NCBI RefSeq assembly: GCF_011745625.1
Contig: NW_027191455.1
Span: 806,001 to 870,000, forward strand
DNA from: Cladosporium halotolerans
Lineage: Eukaryota
Reading direction: 5' to 3'
DNA: 64,000 bases
Under the pieces are notes generated by a model. It did no database searches. It saw only the letters and a program-made list of their open reading frames with translations, and had not been told where the DNA came from. Position numbers and translations under genes: made by a program. Below, piece after piece: positions 36,835 to 49,396 of the stretch. How positions within the stretch are numbered: the stretch's first letter is position 1; each line of letters starts with the position of its first letter.

Positions 36835-37461
36835 TCATGTACCGGGGAACTCAACGCCTATCGAGAGCAGCATCTTCATCAGCTCCTGCTTCTCGCCGGG
36901 TTTCTTCGACCGCAGCGCCCGCCGCTTCATCTCGTACGCCGTCTTGTAATCCGGTCTCGGGCCCGAGTACTTCCAATCAGGCTGCGGGCGGTATGGGTCT
37001 GCCCGGATGTGCAGCCAGCGCCTCAGGCTGCCGGAGTTTTTCATCGAATTGCTTGTCTTGTCCTTCCTGGCGTTCGCGGCCGATGTTGTACACAGCTCTA
37101 TGCGCAGCTGTGTGTTCTTCCGCAGGTTCTCTTCCTGGTCGGGCGGCATGCGCGCCATCCAGGCCAGCATGCCGTCGAAGTTGAAGTCTGTGACGTCGAT
37201 GCGGATGGGACAGGAGTTGTGGATCAGAGGTAGGACTTCATTGCGCACTTGGCGGGTGGTGAGAACGAGGCTGTGCGGGGCGCTGCGCTCGGTGCTGTTG
37301 GGCGGCAGGATGTGAATGCGCACGTAGGCGAGGGCGAGTCTGTATATCTCGATGCGCAGCTCGGCGGGCAGGTGATAGAAGCTGGTGCCGGTGTGCTGCG
37401 GTGGAGGAGGGCGGCGCGCGAGGGCAGGTAACAGTCGGCGAGGCGGCGGACGGGTCGCCAT
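36835..37461 (-). CDS. Hypothetical protein with F-box-like N-terminal motif
   Basis: 208-aa ATG ORF with SFYHLPAELRIEIYRLAL and SLVLTTRQVRNEVLP motifs typical of fungal F-box-like families. Confidence 0.7.
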   Translation of the reverse strand: MATRPPPRRLLPALARRPPPPQHTGTSFYHLPAELRIEIYRLALAYVRIHILPPNSTERSAPHSLVLTTRQVRNEVLPLIHNSCPIRIDVTDFNFDGMLAWMARMPPDQEENLRKNTQLRIELCTTSAANARKDKTSNSMKNSGSLRRWLHIRADPYRPQPDWKYSGPRPDYKTAYEMKRRALRSKKPGEKQELMKMLLSIGVEFPGT

Positions 37462-39130
37462 GTCTAGCTGTCTTGGAGTCTGTACGTATGTTTGCGTGTT
37501 CGTGTATTGCGACGGTCCCTGGATTGTTGAGGGCGGATGTAGCCCCCGTTAGGTGGGAGTGGCCGTGCGATGGGTGGAGGCGTGCGTCTCGGCCGTCATG
37601 GTTGCATTGAATGGCAAGTCAGTTGGCGGATGTGGCACCTGTGAGCGTCACATGCAATGCAGGAGCCACGGTCCAGGCGGCGGGGAGGCGGCGCGAGCGT
37701 AGGGGAGGCGGGGCAGAAACCGCATCCGCGAGTTCTGGTTCACATGCACTTCGGATCTCCTTGCATGCCGTGAGAAGGGAGTGAGAATTCTTGGCGAGCA
37801 GAGAGGGGAGAGGTACTGTGTGTACGCTCGATGAGCTGCAATTGATGACCGACTGACCGACCGCGAGGCCCGTCTCTGCCCCGCACGTGGTATCGCAGCT
37901 TGCGGGGACGGTGCCTCACAGCCGCCTCATCAGCCGTCGCGACCAGGAAATTTGCTTGAGACATGGCGAAGAATATGGCATTGAAGCGTCCTTGGAACAA
38001 TTCCTCGAGCGGGACTCTACGGACTCTTCTCGCATTTTGCAGATCATTCTTTGCAGTCGAAGCGTTTCGTCGGTCAGGATCCAACCGGTAGCAAACCCGA
38101 AGGCTGGACCTGCGTGCATGTCCTTGCTCGTTTCGGCGTACCAGGAAGATCACTGGGAGAGGCGCCGGCAGCCACAATACTACAAAGTAATAATAGCACT
38201 CCCCGCCGACATTACATGAGCATCTTCTCCCCGCGAGCGTTTCTATCAACATTGAAAATTTGCGGAATTACCTCGCACAAAGCCCAATGATCCAAACGAT
38301 TCACACTCCTCCTTGATACGTAGTTTTGCCTCAGTCATCAGACACTCGCCTCCGGCGGTCAGGCGTGAGCAGTGCTTGCGGTGATGCCGAACGCCTAGTG
38401 CTTGTTCCTGGCTTGGGGTCAGTGAGCAGAGACTGTGAGGACGGCCTGGTTCGTGGCGCAGAGCCGAGTAGATATCAGGTCTGCCGTGGAGTTGCTGCCC
38501 TGAAAGTCCGCCCATGCTCACCATCTGCGGCTCAGGGGATGAAGACGTTGCGGGCTAGGATCATGCGCGACATACCCAGACCGGCATCAGAGCGTTTTAA
38601 GTTTCGCATCCCCAGCCGAGCTGCCCTGGTCAAAGTGCCCTCGTCACGTCTCATACGCGAAAACACCGGCCGCGATTGGATGCTGCAGCCTGTGGCGCAT
38701 ACAGACTTCACAGGGAGTGGCATTGTTGTCCTCCCAGGGGCACCATCGGGCCAGAATGTGTTTCAGAGTCTTCGACGACCGCCCGAAGAGGCGCACGATG
38801 AAACTGCGCGCGGCAGAGCCTCGCAGAGACTCCCTGGTGGATGCGCGGTGCACGAGTGCGGCTCGAGCGCTCGCGTGTATGGATGCCGCGGGCGGAGTCG
38901 ACGAGGATGGGCATGTCTGGCAGGCTGACGGCGGACGGCGGCGCGCACGAGGCTGCAGTGGAGCACTCCAAGCGCCTCGATATTGCGTAAAGTGAGCGCG
39001 GGCGGCAGGGCCTGTTTTTCGAGGCGGCGAGCGACGCCTTCGCTTCCCACACAAACACAAACCCGCACACGCCCGCCCTGATCCATCCGAGCCATCCTCT
39101 CATCACACCCGCGCACGCGCGAGAAACTGC

Positions 39131-41617
39131 ATGCAGCCCATGGCCGCCCGCGTGGACGCGAGCTGCCACGCTACCCGCTCGCCTGCCCGGCCCGCCCACG
39201 CACCCGAGTCCCCAGCCTCTGCGACCATCGATTATGCACCCACGACGCAACTGCCAGCCCCTTCACGCCTGCGCCGACGCACCGTTGGCGACGAGCAGCT
39301 TCACGCGCACGCAGAAAAACGCTCCAGCTGGATCTCCCACACCGAGCCGCCTGTGCCAGCGATCCCTGCCCGATTCCTCGCCCATTCGCGCGCGCCGTCG
39401 CGCCTGCTGAGCAATAACGCCGCGAGTCAGGGCTATAATACCGACCGGCAGCCTCCCAAGGGGGAACTCGCATCCTCGCCGCTTGCCTACAACTTCGCCG
39501 ACGCTGCCTCGCCTGCCTCGTCCGCGCCGTCCACGCGCACGCCGACTCCACGCCGCTCTCTTCTGCTCTCGCCGCCGCGCAGCGATGCCGTAGGCCTGAG
39601 CGCCGTCTTCAGGTTCTCGTCCGGAGCCCGCCCCGCGCAAGCGTCACACTCGCGCGTCACTTCTTACCCAGCCTTCTCGACAGCACGCCCGGCCGCCCCC
39701 AAACCCGCACGCGACGACACCACACTGGCAGCCCTGACCGGCAGCTCCGCCGACATGGACATGGACCAGACACCGACGGACGCGCAAGGCGACCTGTTCA
39801 TGCAGCTCGCCGAGGACAGCACCGACGGCGAGCCCACAATCACCCAGCGCGCCGGTTCGCGCTCGTCCTGGGCCGACAAGCGTCTCCCGCCGAGTTCGCC
39901 CTCCCTTCGCCCTCTCACAGAGACCAAGCGACCACGAACGATCGGCCAGCTTCCGTCGTCCCGCCCTTCTTCAAGATTCAGCACACATATTGATACCAGC
40001 CGTGCCAACAACAACTACAGGACCGCCGGGACCAGCTTCACCTCGCCCCGCTACGAGGATGGCAACGCACAACTCAGGCGCGCAAGCCGCTTCTCAGCCG
40101 CACCCGAGTACTCTCCAAGATCCTACACCCGCGCTCACGATCGCGTACAATCACCCGAAAAATCGCCTGAACTCCCAACTTTCGGTCGTCGCCGTCCATC
40201 TTTTGGATACCCATCCACAGCATCATCTCACGATAATCGGAGAGGCAGCAACTACGTCAAAACCGCAGACTCTGACGGTGATTCTCCGGCAAACAGTTCA
40301 GAAGCGAAGCGATCAGCGGCGGAGTCGGACTCGGTTGACTCGCAGACCGCCCCTTCAACTGTTTGGGATGAACTTGACGATCTGAAATCGAGGATCAAGA
40401 AGCTGGAGCTTACTGGAAAATTGCCGTCCAGCTCTAGTGCGGCAGTCGCTGGTGGCGGCTCTAACTCGGAAAGACCGCGCACAGCGACGACTGCGCCGAC
40501 TACGATCACTTCGTCTCCGAAGCAAGATCGGAAATCGGAAAATGACACGAGGGCTGGTGCCGAAGGCCTCAAGTCCCCAGCGGCTGGCCAGATCTCTCTC
40601 GCAGACATTCATCCTACCCTACATGCGGCGCTCTCAAAAGCGAAGGCACTACTCAGCACCTCCTTGTACCGCACTCTCGAGGCAACAGCGATGGATGCGC
40701 TTCAACTGGCAGCCATGACTGGGAGCGCCGGACCTCAAGGTACAACCTTTTCTGCTGCATCCATCATCAATGGAGTGACTGTGTCCGATCGCCATGTTCG
40801 CCGCAAAGCTGATCTCATGTGCCGCAATTTGACGGACCTGTGTCTCGCGTTATGTGACGGAAAGCATGAAGCGCCCAGTATCATGTCTTCTCCAATGGCG
40901 GCGGAAACGCCGCCCAGGTTAAATCCTCTCAAACAAAAGTACTCACGTACCAGTCTGGCCTACGGTGAGGATCTCAGCCAGCTCGGCAACCGTCCTTTGA
41001 GCCGTCTGGAAGCCCGTAGGAGCAGTATTCTTGGACTTCAACCTCAAAACAACCACTTGAGCAGCCCTCAAGCCAGCGCTGACGATATGTCGACCTCTGA
41101 ACAAGAGACTACCCCATCGCAGCCCCGCCGAATCCTCGATGTGCAGCGTCCCAGTCGATTGAGCACCAGGCAGGCGGCTTCACGCTTTGAACGCCAGGAG
41201 CAGGCCGGCGGAGATGAAGACTACGCCCGGCCGCCCTCGCGTGCGATGACCGACGTTGGAAACTTCCGCTCCCCTCATCATCAAAGTCCTCGCGAATACA
41301 CGCCTGGGTCAGGCAAAGTTACACATCGCAGCCCTAGTTTGCGCGAGTCGTTGAGCGCACGACGCGCTAACGCTAACGCACCTGACATCAATCGCGAAAT
41401 CCCGCGCGTGGCCTCCCTCAACCTGGATGGTGGTCGGCGTCGCTTCGCGCGCGAGTCTACTCCATCCGTGGTTGAGGAGGATATGAGCGAACAAGACAAC
41501 CAGTCCCAGGCCCGGCGGCGGCTGACTTCGCTAGGGCATTACACCTCTTCACGCCGAGGAGAGCCCAGCCGAAGCTTGAGCCTCAGTCAGCGGCGACAGA
41601 ATGTGATGGTCGAATAG
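39131..41617 (+). CDS. Conserved Ser/Arg-rich fungal protein with short coiled coil (possibly Mto2/SPA-18-like MTOC/septal protein)
   Basis: 828-aa ORF with STVWDELDDLKSRIKKLELTGKLP and RRKAD.MCR.LT.LC.ALC blocks. The functional guess is from memory only. Confidence 0.7.
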   Translation: MQPMAARVDASCHATRSPARPAHAPESPASATIDYAPTTQLPAPSRLRRRTVGDEQLHAHAEKRSSWISHTEPPVPAIPARFLAHSRAPSRLLSNNAASQGYNTDRQPPKGELASSPLAYNFADAASPASSAPSTRTPTPRRSLLLSPPRSDAVGLSAVFRFSSGARPAQASHSRVTSYPAFSTARPAAPKPARDDTTLAALTGSSADMDMDQTPTDAQGDLFMQLAEDSTDGEPTITQRAGSRSSWADKRLPPSSPSLRPLTETKRPRTIGQLPSSRPSSRFSTHIDTSRANNNYRTAGTSFTSPRYEDGNAQLRRASRFSAAPEYSPRSYTRAHDRVQSPEKSPELPTFGRRRPSFGYPSTASSHDNRRGSNYVKTADSDGDSPANSSEAKRSAAESDSVDSQTAPSTVWDELDDLKSRIKKLELTGKLPSSSSAAVAGGGSNSERPRTATTAPTTITSSPKQDRKSENDTRAGAEGLKSPAAGQISLADIHPTLHAALSKAKALLSTSLYRTLEATAMDALQLAAMTGSAGPQGTTFSAASIINGVTVSDRHVRRKADLMCRNLTDLCLALCDGKHEAPSIMSSPMAAETPPRLNPLKQKYSRTSLAYGEDLSQLGNRPLSRLEARRSSILGLQPQNNHLSSPQASADDMSTSEQETTPSQPRRILDVQRPSRLSTRQAASRFERQEQAGGDEDYARPPSRAMTDVGNFRSPHHQSPREYTPGSGKVTHRSPSLRESLSARRANANAPDINREIPRVASLNLDGGRRRFARESTPSVVEEDMSEQDNQSQARRRLTSLGHYTSSRRGEPSRSLSLSQRRQNVMVE

Positions 41618-42310
41618 GATTCGATCGCAGCGGTGCTTTTGAGATGACCGCAGCGCTCTCTTTTCGTATCTTTCACCAGCCTCCCTTTTCCTTTACACTG
41701 AACAGGAGCTTCACTTTGTACGGTCTCGATTTTGGCCGTGATTTCTCGCCTTTAGCGCGGCGCTTGTTTTTGGCGTTTTGGGCCGCTCAGAAGCGATACA
41801 CGGATGGCACGTCATGCTACATTTCCTGCGTTTTTCTGTTTTGATAAGGCTACAATAACCAGCTACAGGATTGTGTACGATGAATGGGAATGGGAGGGAA
41901 CATTAGGAGTTGATAGATGATTCATACCAGCATCCGCTTTGTTATGCTCACAAACGGGACCCAAGCAGCTTCTCACGCAATGTTATCCAATCTTTCCACG
42001 ATCCACGGAGATGTTGCTATCAATGTTGCAGATTGCCGCGTTGGCGACGCATCCACGCATCCCTCTCATTCGTTGGCGTTAGTCGATCCGCGCTGCTCCA
42101 CGTCACGCCCCGCCGCAGCGGGCTCCGACTGTGACAGACACATGCGCGCCAAAACTCCCTCGACCCGTGGGTCGAAGAAGAAGATCGGGACTCCTACCTA
42201 ACCCCGTAGCAACACCACGCCGCCCGACCTCGCCGCAGACGCCCTGTTATGATTGACAGCTAACATTCACCGACAACTTTCGCCCCACGACACTCCGTAC
42301 GCCAGGCAAA

Positions 42311-45300
42311 ATGGCTACGCCCGCGCCCACGCCCCTCAAAGACCTCTCGGCCGACCAATGTACCCTGCTCGCCGTCCACTACGCCTCTTCCGCCGACATC
42401 CCGGCCCTGCATTCCCTCACACCCGCCCGCCTCGACGCCCTTCCCTCCGAGCTCGTCCTGCGCATCATCCTCACCTACCTCCCTGAGTCCGTCGACCCGC
42501 TCTCTTACCGCGCCTACATCTCCGAGGTCGGCTCACGGCTGTACATCGATGTCGACCGGCCCAATGTGGACGTCGACACCAGCCCCGTCAGCGGCCTCGA
42601 CGAGGCGGACGCCCGCAAGCAGGTCAAGAAGCTGCACCTGCGCGAGATCAGGCCGCCGCGCTTCCCGCCGCACGCGCCGGAGGACCTGCTCACGCGCTTC
42701 CTGTGCCACCGCGCGCAGCTCATCGATGAGGAGACTGGCATGCTGGACGCTGTCGTCCGGCTCGTCGAGCCCTTCCTCGAGCGTAACGACTACCTGCGCG
42801 TCTGGTTCGTGAGCTCTGTGCTGCCGCTGATCCGGCTGAACTACGAGTACTACCCTGAAGATCCCTTCTCGGAGTCGCTGGAGGCTTTCAGCAAACGGCA
42901 GGGTCGAGCGGGCGTCGACGCGCTGCTGTCGAGGGCGGCGAAGGAAGGCGGTGGCGCGGACGACAGCCACGTTGCGCGAGACGTGAAGAGCCTGGTCGGA
43001 CCGTGGATGTACGGGCACACTGACCGCAAGAAGAGAAAGGCGTTTTACAGCAAGGATAAGCAGGCCCAGCAGGCCCAGCAGGAGGACAAAACGGCTGAGG
43101 ACGATCTGGCCGACGGTGTGAGGAAGATCGCGCTCGACGGCGTGTCGGAGGAGGACAAGACGGGCCACGACTGGGAGCAGGTGTATACTTGGATGGTGCG
43201 CCACGCTCAAGACAACTTTCCGCTCGTCACACACCTCGTCGAAGAATGGGATGGCCCCAGCGATGTGGATTTTGGCGGGTACGAGCAGGGCCAGCTGCGG
43301 CCGTATCTGGACGACGAAGTCCTGCGGAAGCTCGAACTGCAGTACGCGCAGGCTGCCTTTGCCAGTTGTTACGCCGCCCAGTCTTCTTCGGAAGAGACGG
43401 TACAAGGTGCGCACGGCGTGCTGGCCAGACTCGCAGAGTTGCTTGACTTTGTCCCTCCGCCTGACCTGGCCACGAGCGTCGAGAGCCTGCCAGCTGTGGA
43501 AAAGCATGCAACCGTGCTAGACGAATCTCAGACCTTGCAGGACCTGCTTCCTGAAAGATTGCTTACCCCTGAGCATCCCTTGACCACGCCACGCATGCAG
43601 ACATACATGCTGCTGCAGATGCATGTCTACACGGCATACCAACTTCACGGACTGGGTTTCACGTCTTCACTAGTGGATGTGGCCAGGGTACAATTCTATG
43701 GAACCGCTGAGAGCCAGCTGGAGCTGCTCCGTAAGCTGCTCCGCGGTCTGTCTAGCCCGGCGAAGCGAGACAGCACTGACTGGGTCGCCTGCCGCGCGAA
43801 GCTCGTCTGGCTCTGGAATTGGGGAATTGACCCAGATGATATTGCTGCGAAGAATGGTGCCGGCATGCTCGGCAAGATCGACAAAGAGGACTTTGAGGCT
43901 GAGATGTTGAAAGTGTTTACCGATGCGAGTCGTAAGTGATAAATTCATTTTCCTTCCCTGACCCGAAGTCCGTTACAGCCCGTACTGTCCATCTGGCATG
44001 CCATCGCGTTAACCCAAACACTTACGCCATTGGTCCTCCCAGCAGAAGATGTCGACCCCACAGAGAACACAAGCCCCACCGCTGGCGTGCCAGACGAGTG
44101 CTTGACTTTCCCGTTCGTAGCAACAGATCAGGACATTGCTCGAGTTCAAAGTAGTGGCCTTGCTGATCAGATTTCCTGATGGCCTTTAGGCTTTCAGATA
44201 ATTGAGCAGGTCTACTTCGGAGGCACGCCGACTTTGTCCTTGTCACAGATCGAAAGCATCGTGCTGGGTAAAGCATTAGAAGCATACGATAGTGCCAGCA
44301 ACGGCAACAAGAACCGAGGTGGCATTAAGAAGGCGAATGATATGTGAGTGGATGCTGCAACGTGCCGCACGTGAGAATGAAGGCTGACGCCGGCGCAGCA
44401 TCACTGCTTTCCGATCTCACTTCACTTCTAGTGACCGCTTCCGCGAGATAATGGCTTTGATCTCGGCGACTCATGCTTTATCCTTCTATTCCTTGACACT
44501 ACAGCACGGCGTACCTTTCCAGCCCGTCAGTATCCGCGTCTCTCAAGATCCAATTGGTCTGGTCAGCAAAGTCCTTGAACAAAATCCCAAGAGCTACACA
44601 CAAGTCGACGATTTGATCGCCATTGGACGAAACATGGCATCTGCGGGCCTGCCGATAGTGCCGCTTGAGGGCAAACCCGACGATTACGACGAATCCATGA
44701 CTGGAGCAGAGGCTCGAGACAAGGCGCGCAACGATGCGGAGAGGCGCATCACTTTCATGTCAATCGAGGCTGCTCTGAGAGAAGATGATTTCGAGACCGC
44801 GTACTCCTACATCGTTAGCCGTCTCACACCTTCCGCCGCCGAGATCACCGCTCCCAACAACAAACCTTCCAGACACGCTCGCAACACCAGCACCAATTCA
44901 CTTGCAGCCGCAGTCGACGACGACGTTTCCTGGCGCGCCGCTTTCCTCGCTGGACGCTATCGTCCTTCTACCGCCACGCCTCCGACGCTTCGACGTCTCG
45001 AGCAGCGCACAGAACTCCTTTCTCTCGCTCTTTTGCTCGCGCCCGTTTCCGCTTTGACCGACATCCTGTCTGCCTGGCGCCGTTGCGAGGAGGAGATGAC
45101 TGCATTGCAGCTCTCACAGGCTCAAGCCGAAGAGGAGTTCGACGACGCTGCCGACCGCCGCGAAGCCCCATCCCAGCTCCCGGGCCACTTTGCGGTTCCC
45201 GGCGAGCAGCCGCAGATGCTGCTGGGCCAGAAACGTCGCGAGATGGGCCGTGTAGGCGCTGGGAGAGGCGAGGAGGAAGCGCCTGTCAGCATGTTCGATC

Positions 45301-45557
45301 TCACCCGCAGCGCCGCAAGGGCTTTCAGTCGCAACGCTTTCCCTCTTGGGAGCGATGGCGCCACCGCAAGAAATTCGACGGACGGCTCGCAAGGGATGCA
45401 CGCCAGCGTCGATAGCCTGGGGAGCGCGGGCAGTGCAGAGGACGGGCAGCAGCGGGTGCGGAGGCGGGATATGGTCACGAATGCGGTCAGCGGCGGGCTG
45501 GCGAGCGGGCTGGGGTGGGTTCTGGGCGCCACGCCGGTGGATAGACAGCAGCAGTAG
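42311..45557 (+). CDS. SEC39: Sec39 (Dsl1 tethering complex subunit); exons 42311-43931, 44190-44343, 44399-45557
   Basis: LRIILTYLPE, YD.ASNGN..RGG.KKA and ATHALSFYSLTLQHGVPFQPV motifs; two GT-AG introns restore the frame. Confidence 0.88.
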
Positions 45558-45579
45558 CAGTAGCAGCAGCAGTAGCAGC
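45546..45579 (+). repeat. CAG/TAG trinucleotide microsatellite spanning the SEC39 stop codon
   Basis: cagcagcagtagcagtagcagcagcagtagcagc. Confidence 0.8.
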
Positions 45580-46013
45580 CGAATGCTCGATCACCCGATA
45601 CGTCTACGTCTCGTTGCCAAATGCCGGCCAAGGTTGCCCAAGCTTTCCATCCGCACGTGGCTTCCCGGCGAAGCCCCGAAAGCTTGAGCGAAGCTGCACG
45701 ACCGGCATCTCCCGCACCTTCATGTGTGATGAAGTGGGATCCTTCGAGACATGTACAAAATGTCAGGCACGCGGCCCACAGGCGAGAAAGGTAGGTTTAT
45801 CCTGATTCCAAACAAAGATCAACGTTCGCTTTGCCACTTTACATCTCTTCTACATCCCTATCCCTTGACTTGCTCCTTGCAACCAAAAGCCTAGCTAAAT
45901 ACAAACATATCACAACTTAGCTGGAGGTTTCTGCGAGGGCTGCAACTCGTGAAGGGCCTGAGCCTCGAGTGATCGGCATCGACGCCGCTCTTTGCCCGAG
46001 TCGTCCGGCAGGA

Positions 46014-46727
46014 ATGGCCTGGACAAAGTCTTTCCTCGTGCACCCTGCACCGCAAAAGGCGTCGACGCCCTTTTCGCGCGGCAGATCAAAGCATGCCGTG
46101 TCAATCTACAAATTGAGTGCCGCCGATGGCACCCCGTCGACTGACGATGCTTCCGAGGAAGCCGAGGCACACGCACCGTCCTTCACCATCGAGTACCGCT
46201 TCGGCCTCATTAAGAAAAGCGAAATGCGCCTGTTCCAAGGCCATGGCCCGGACAGGCTCCTGCTCGCAACTGCCGTGCAAGATCGTCAGGGCGGCGGCAA
46301 CTCTACCCTCACGTTGCTAGAGACTCCGGATGGGGTGCCTCTTCACTTTAAGCTTCGCCGTCGCAGCGGCTTTTCCACAATCACATACACCCTTTGCTTC
46401 GACAGCGGCAAAGCGGAGAGTTCCGAGAAGTGCTTCGAGTGGCGGCAGCCGTGCTTTGACGAGGTGCAGAGCAACCGCGAGTTGCGAGGGACGTGGATCC
46501 TGCGCGCGTCGTCAGAAACCGGATCTGGAGTGCAGGAGGATGGGAGGAAGCCGCCGGTGGAAGGGGGGCAGTTCTGGGAGGAGAACCTCGCCGTTTACGC
46601 GGACGCTTCGGCTTCGTTGCAGGATACTGGCAAGTTGTATCTGTCTCGAGGGGAGAAGGGCCACGTTGACGAGACGTGGCTGAGGACGCACCTCATCTCG
46701 GTGTTGTGGATGCAACAGATGATGTGA
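46014..46727 (+). CDS. Hypothetical protein
   Basis: 237-aa ATG ORF with globular, beta-rich composition (FEWRQ, LAVYAD); no family recognised. A possible 3' intron (GTGAGT at 46724) is unresolved. Confidence 0.55.
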   Translation: MAWTKSFLVHPAPQKASTPFSRGRSKHAVSIYKLSAADGTPSTDDASEEAEAHAPSFTIEYRFGLIKKSEMRLFQGHGPDRLLLATAVQDRQGGGNSTLTLLETPDGVPLHFKLRRRSGFSTITYTLCFDSGKAESSEKCFEWRQPCFDEVQSNRELRGTWILRASSETGSGVQEDGRKPPVEGGQFWEENLAVYADASASLQDTGKLYLSRGEKGHVDETWLRTHLISVLWMQQMM

Positions 46728-49396
46728 GTCCCGATATCCTCGAGTGAAGGGATGTCTGGCATTGTTATCAAAATTGTTGGCTACGTGGGGGCCTGATGGT
46801 GCCGAGAAAACAGATCCTGACGATCTTGATGAACCATCTTGACGATGAGACGTATTGACATGATGATCAACTAAGTATTACCCAGAGCGTTTGTTGTTCA
46901 TTGCGCTCGTTCTTTCTCTATAGTAAAAGTAATGGAGGTCATACCATTGAGACAAGAGTTAACCGAGAGCTGCCAAGTGCCATGCCTATTGTAAGCTTGG
47001 AGCTTATTTCGACTAAGAAAGACAAATGTGCTCTCAACATGGCTCATCGCGATAGATATAAGCAAGTATATTAACGTTCTCCCTTTGCATCAGGATGAAG
47101 ATCTCTTGCCTTCAGCCTGCTCTACCATTGCCTTATGCCGCCCTTTAACCAACGATTTGACCAAACCCTCGATAACGTCGAAACTGCGGTAAGTCAACCA
47201 TTCCTCTCGTCGAATATCCTCGTTTGGCGCAATGATGAAACAAAACCTATTCACTCGCCGTTCTTGACTGGACTCCCATCCAGAATGCGGATACAGTGTT
47301 GTCAATATGATATCTTAGTCTAATGCTTTCGTTCACTCAACAGTCGCGATTGTTGATTGCTGTAATGGATTGCTGATTTGTTTGTCTAGGCTGCGATGAG
47401 GCTCCGACAATTATAGACGGGCGCTCAGCGCAACGCCAGTGGCGTGACCGCGTGCTTGCTGGTGTATCGTTTGGCGTATGTGTTGTTCGAAGCGTATTCT
47501 CCGTCTGGTCATGGATACCTTTGTCATAATACTACACAGCTGGTATCAAGCATTTCATCTCCGAAACTTGTATCGGTGGCCTTGCTACCGAGAGGAATTG
47601 AATCGCACGTGGTATGCGAGCTCTCAAGATACATTCTCGTCCCTGTGCTTATATCTGCTCTCCCGGCAAGAGCAACTTATGTCAGCCCTTGAGAAGGGCT
47701 CAATGCACTTTCCTTCAACTCACGCGGAGACCAACTCGTGCCTCAACAATCGTACAGCGGCGATGAAGGTTGCTTACGGCAGAGCGTCCCATCATCTGAG
47801 AAAATAATCCCTGTGGTCGCAAGGGAAATTGCAAGATTAGAGCAAGCAGTTTGCTGTTGAAATTCAAGATCGCATGCTTTGATGAGCTCTTCGATGGCCA
47901 TTCGAGCCTCGATAGGGCCGGCGACTGAGGTGCTGCTTCCTTTCTACCTTGCAAAACGTCCATACCTGTGCAAGCGCAGCCTCGTTCGACGGAACCAGAA
48001 GCCCGTCAAGACCGAGACTGTGCTGCATGTCCTCTCAATCACATTTGAATCCCACAAAATACTCCCGACTCGCTATCCAAAGCTGGACGATGCCATCACT
48101 CGCAGAGCAGGCCATTTCCTGGTTCAGGAGCGACCAATCGCAGATGGCAGCGGTATGGTTCATCTTCGTCTCGCTCATTATCATCAGAATATTGCAAGGA
48201 CACTTCCCACCTCAAACGAAAAGGTACATCGCCGTGGCGCTCCTGGGCTTGCTGCGGCTGTGGCTCCACCCTCGCGCTTTGGAATAGTCCTGATCCCATT
48301 CGACGTTGCGGATAAGGCCATGGGAGAAACCATCAATACTCCGGCTCTCGTCCCTGAGCATCTGCTGGACAAACCGCTACTACTTCGTATGAGCTTGTCG
48401 CAACATTGAGCCAACTGATATGCTGGCATACCATCAGGGGTACGAACGCAAAAGAAGGGTGTTAGTGGGGTTGTTTCGCGAGCTACACAATGGACAAGAA
48501 ATGCGAGACGATTGTGTTGTGCAAGACGACGGTGCGGCTGGCTCGTAACTTTGGGGATGAGCTGGCTGAAGTACCTTGTTGCAAACTCAGCCATACGGGA
48601 ACTTGGACTGGCCATCCGGAATTGGCAACGGGCTCTGATATCGGTTGCTAGGCGTGTCGGACACTCAAGAGATGATAGGATAATGCACGAGGGACCGGTA
48701 GCTGAGGGATTCTTTGGTTGCCGAAAAGGCTCGGAACGACATCATTCGCTGGTAGAGCCAACTATTCCTCGTTGAATACAGATGAAACCATTCGACTTTG
48801 AGTCCTTGTTTCCAATCTCTTGTTGTGTCTGTAGGCCGTTTCATCAAGTTGGCTAGTAATTATTCGGGTCTGCATCCGGCGTATGCAGAGGGTGTAAGCT
48901 CGGCTGACAACACGCGGCGTCAAGACCAAAACCTTGGCGCTGTCAAAGAGAAAGTGAGACTCCTGAAGGACCAGCAGCAGAAACCAGAACCAGAAGACAC
49001 TCAAAATGATTCATCCTCGCCGAGAAAACGGGAACTGCGAGCCGACAGCTAATAAAGTGGGCTGCGATCAATTGATTGGAGCTGAAGACATCAAAAGGTA
49101 GGCTAGTCTCCAATGGGGGCGCGGTGAGACGGGACGGGGGGCGGAGTCATGTAGGGCACAGATCACACCCCTCCATCGCTTACTCCGGCCCTCTGGATGT
49201 ACCACCCGGCCTGGCGGCATTGATAAAGCCTCGCCTCCAACCCTCTATTCGACTCCGACTCCATCATCATCTCTCACTCGCGCTCGCGCACGACTCACCC
49301 TCCCTCCACCACCTTGAAGGCTTTCCGGCCTCGTATAAACGAGGCCTTCTTCCCGTGTATTCAGACCTACACCAGCATCCTCCACACGACCCATAC

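Noticed and set aside
46750..49050. Short ORFs and possible decayed gene between the hypothetical gene and the bZIP
   Set aside because: Fragments have multiple stops and no recognisable motif; cannot be supported without a search.
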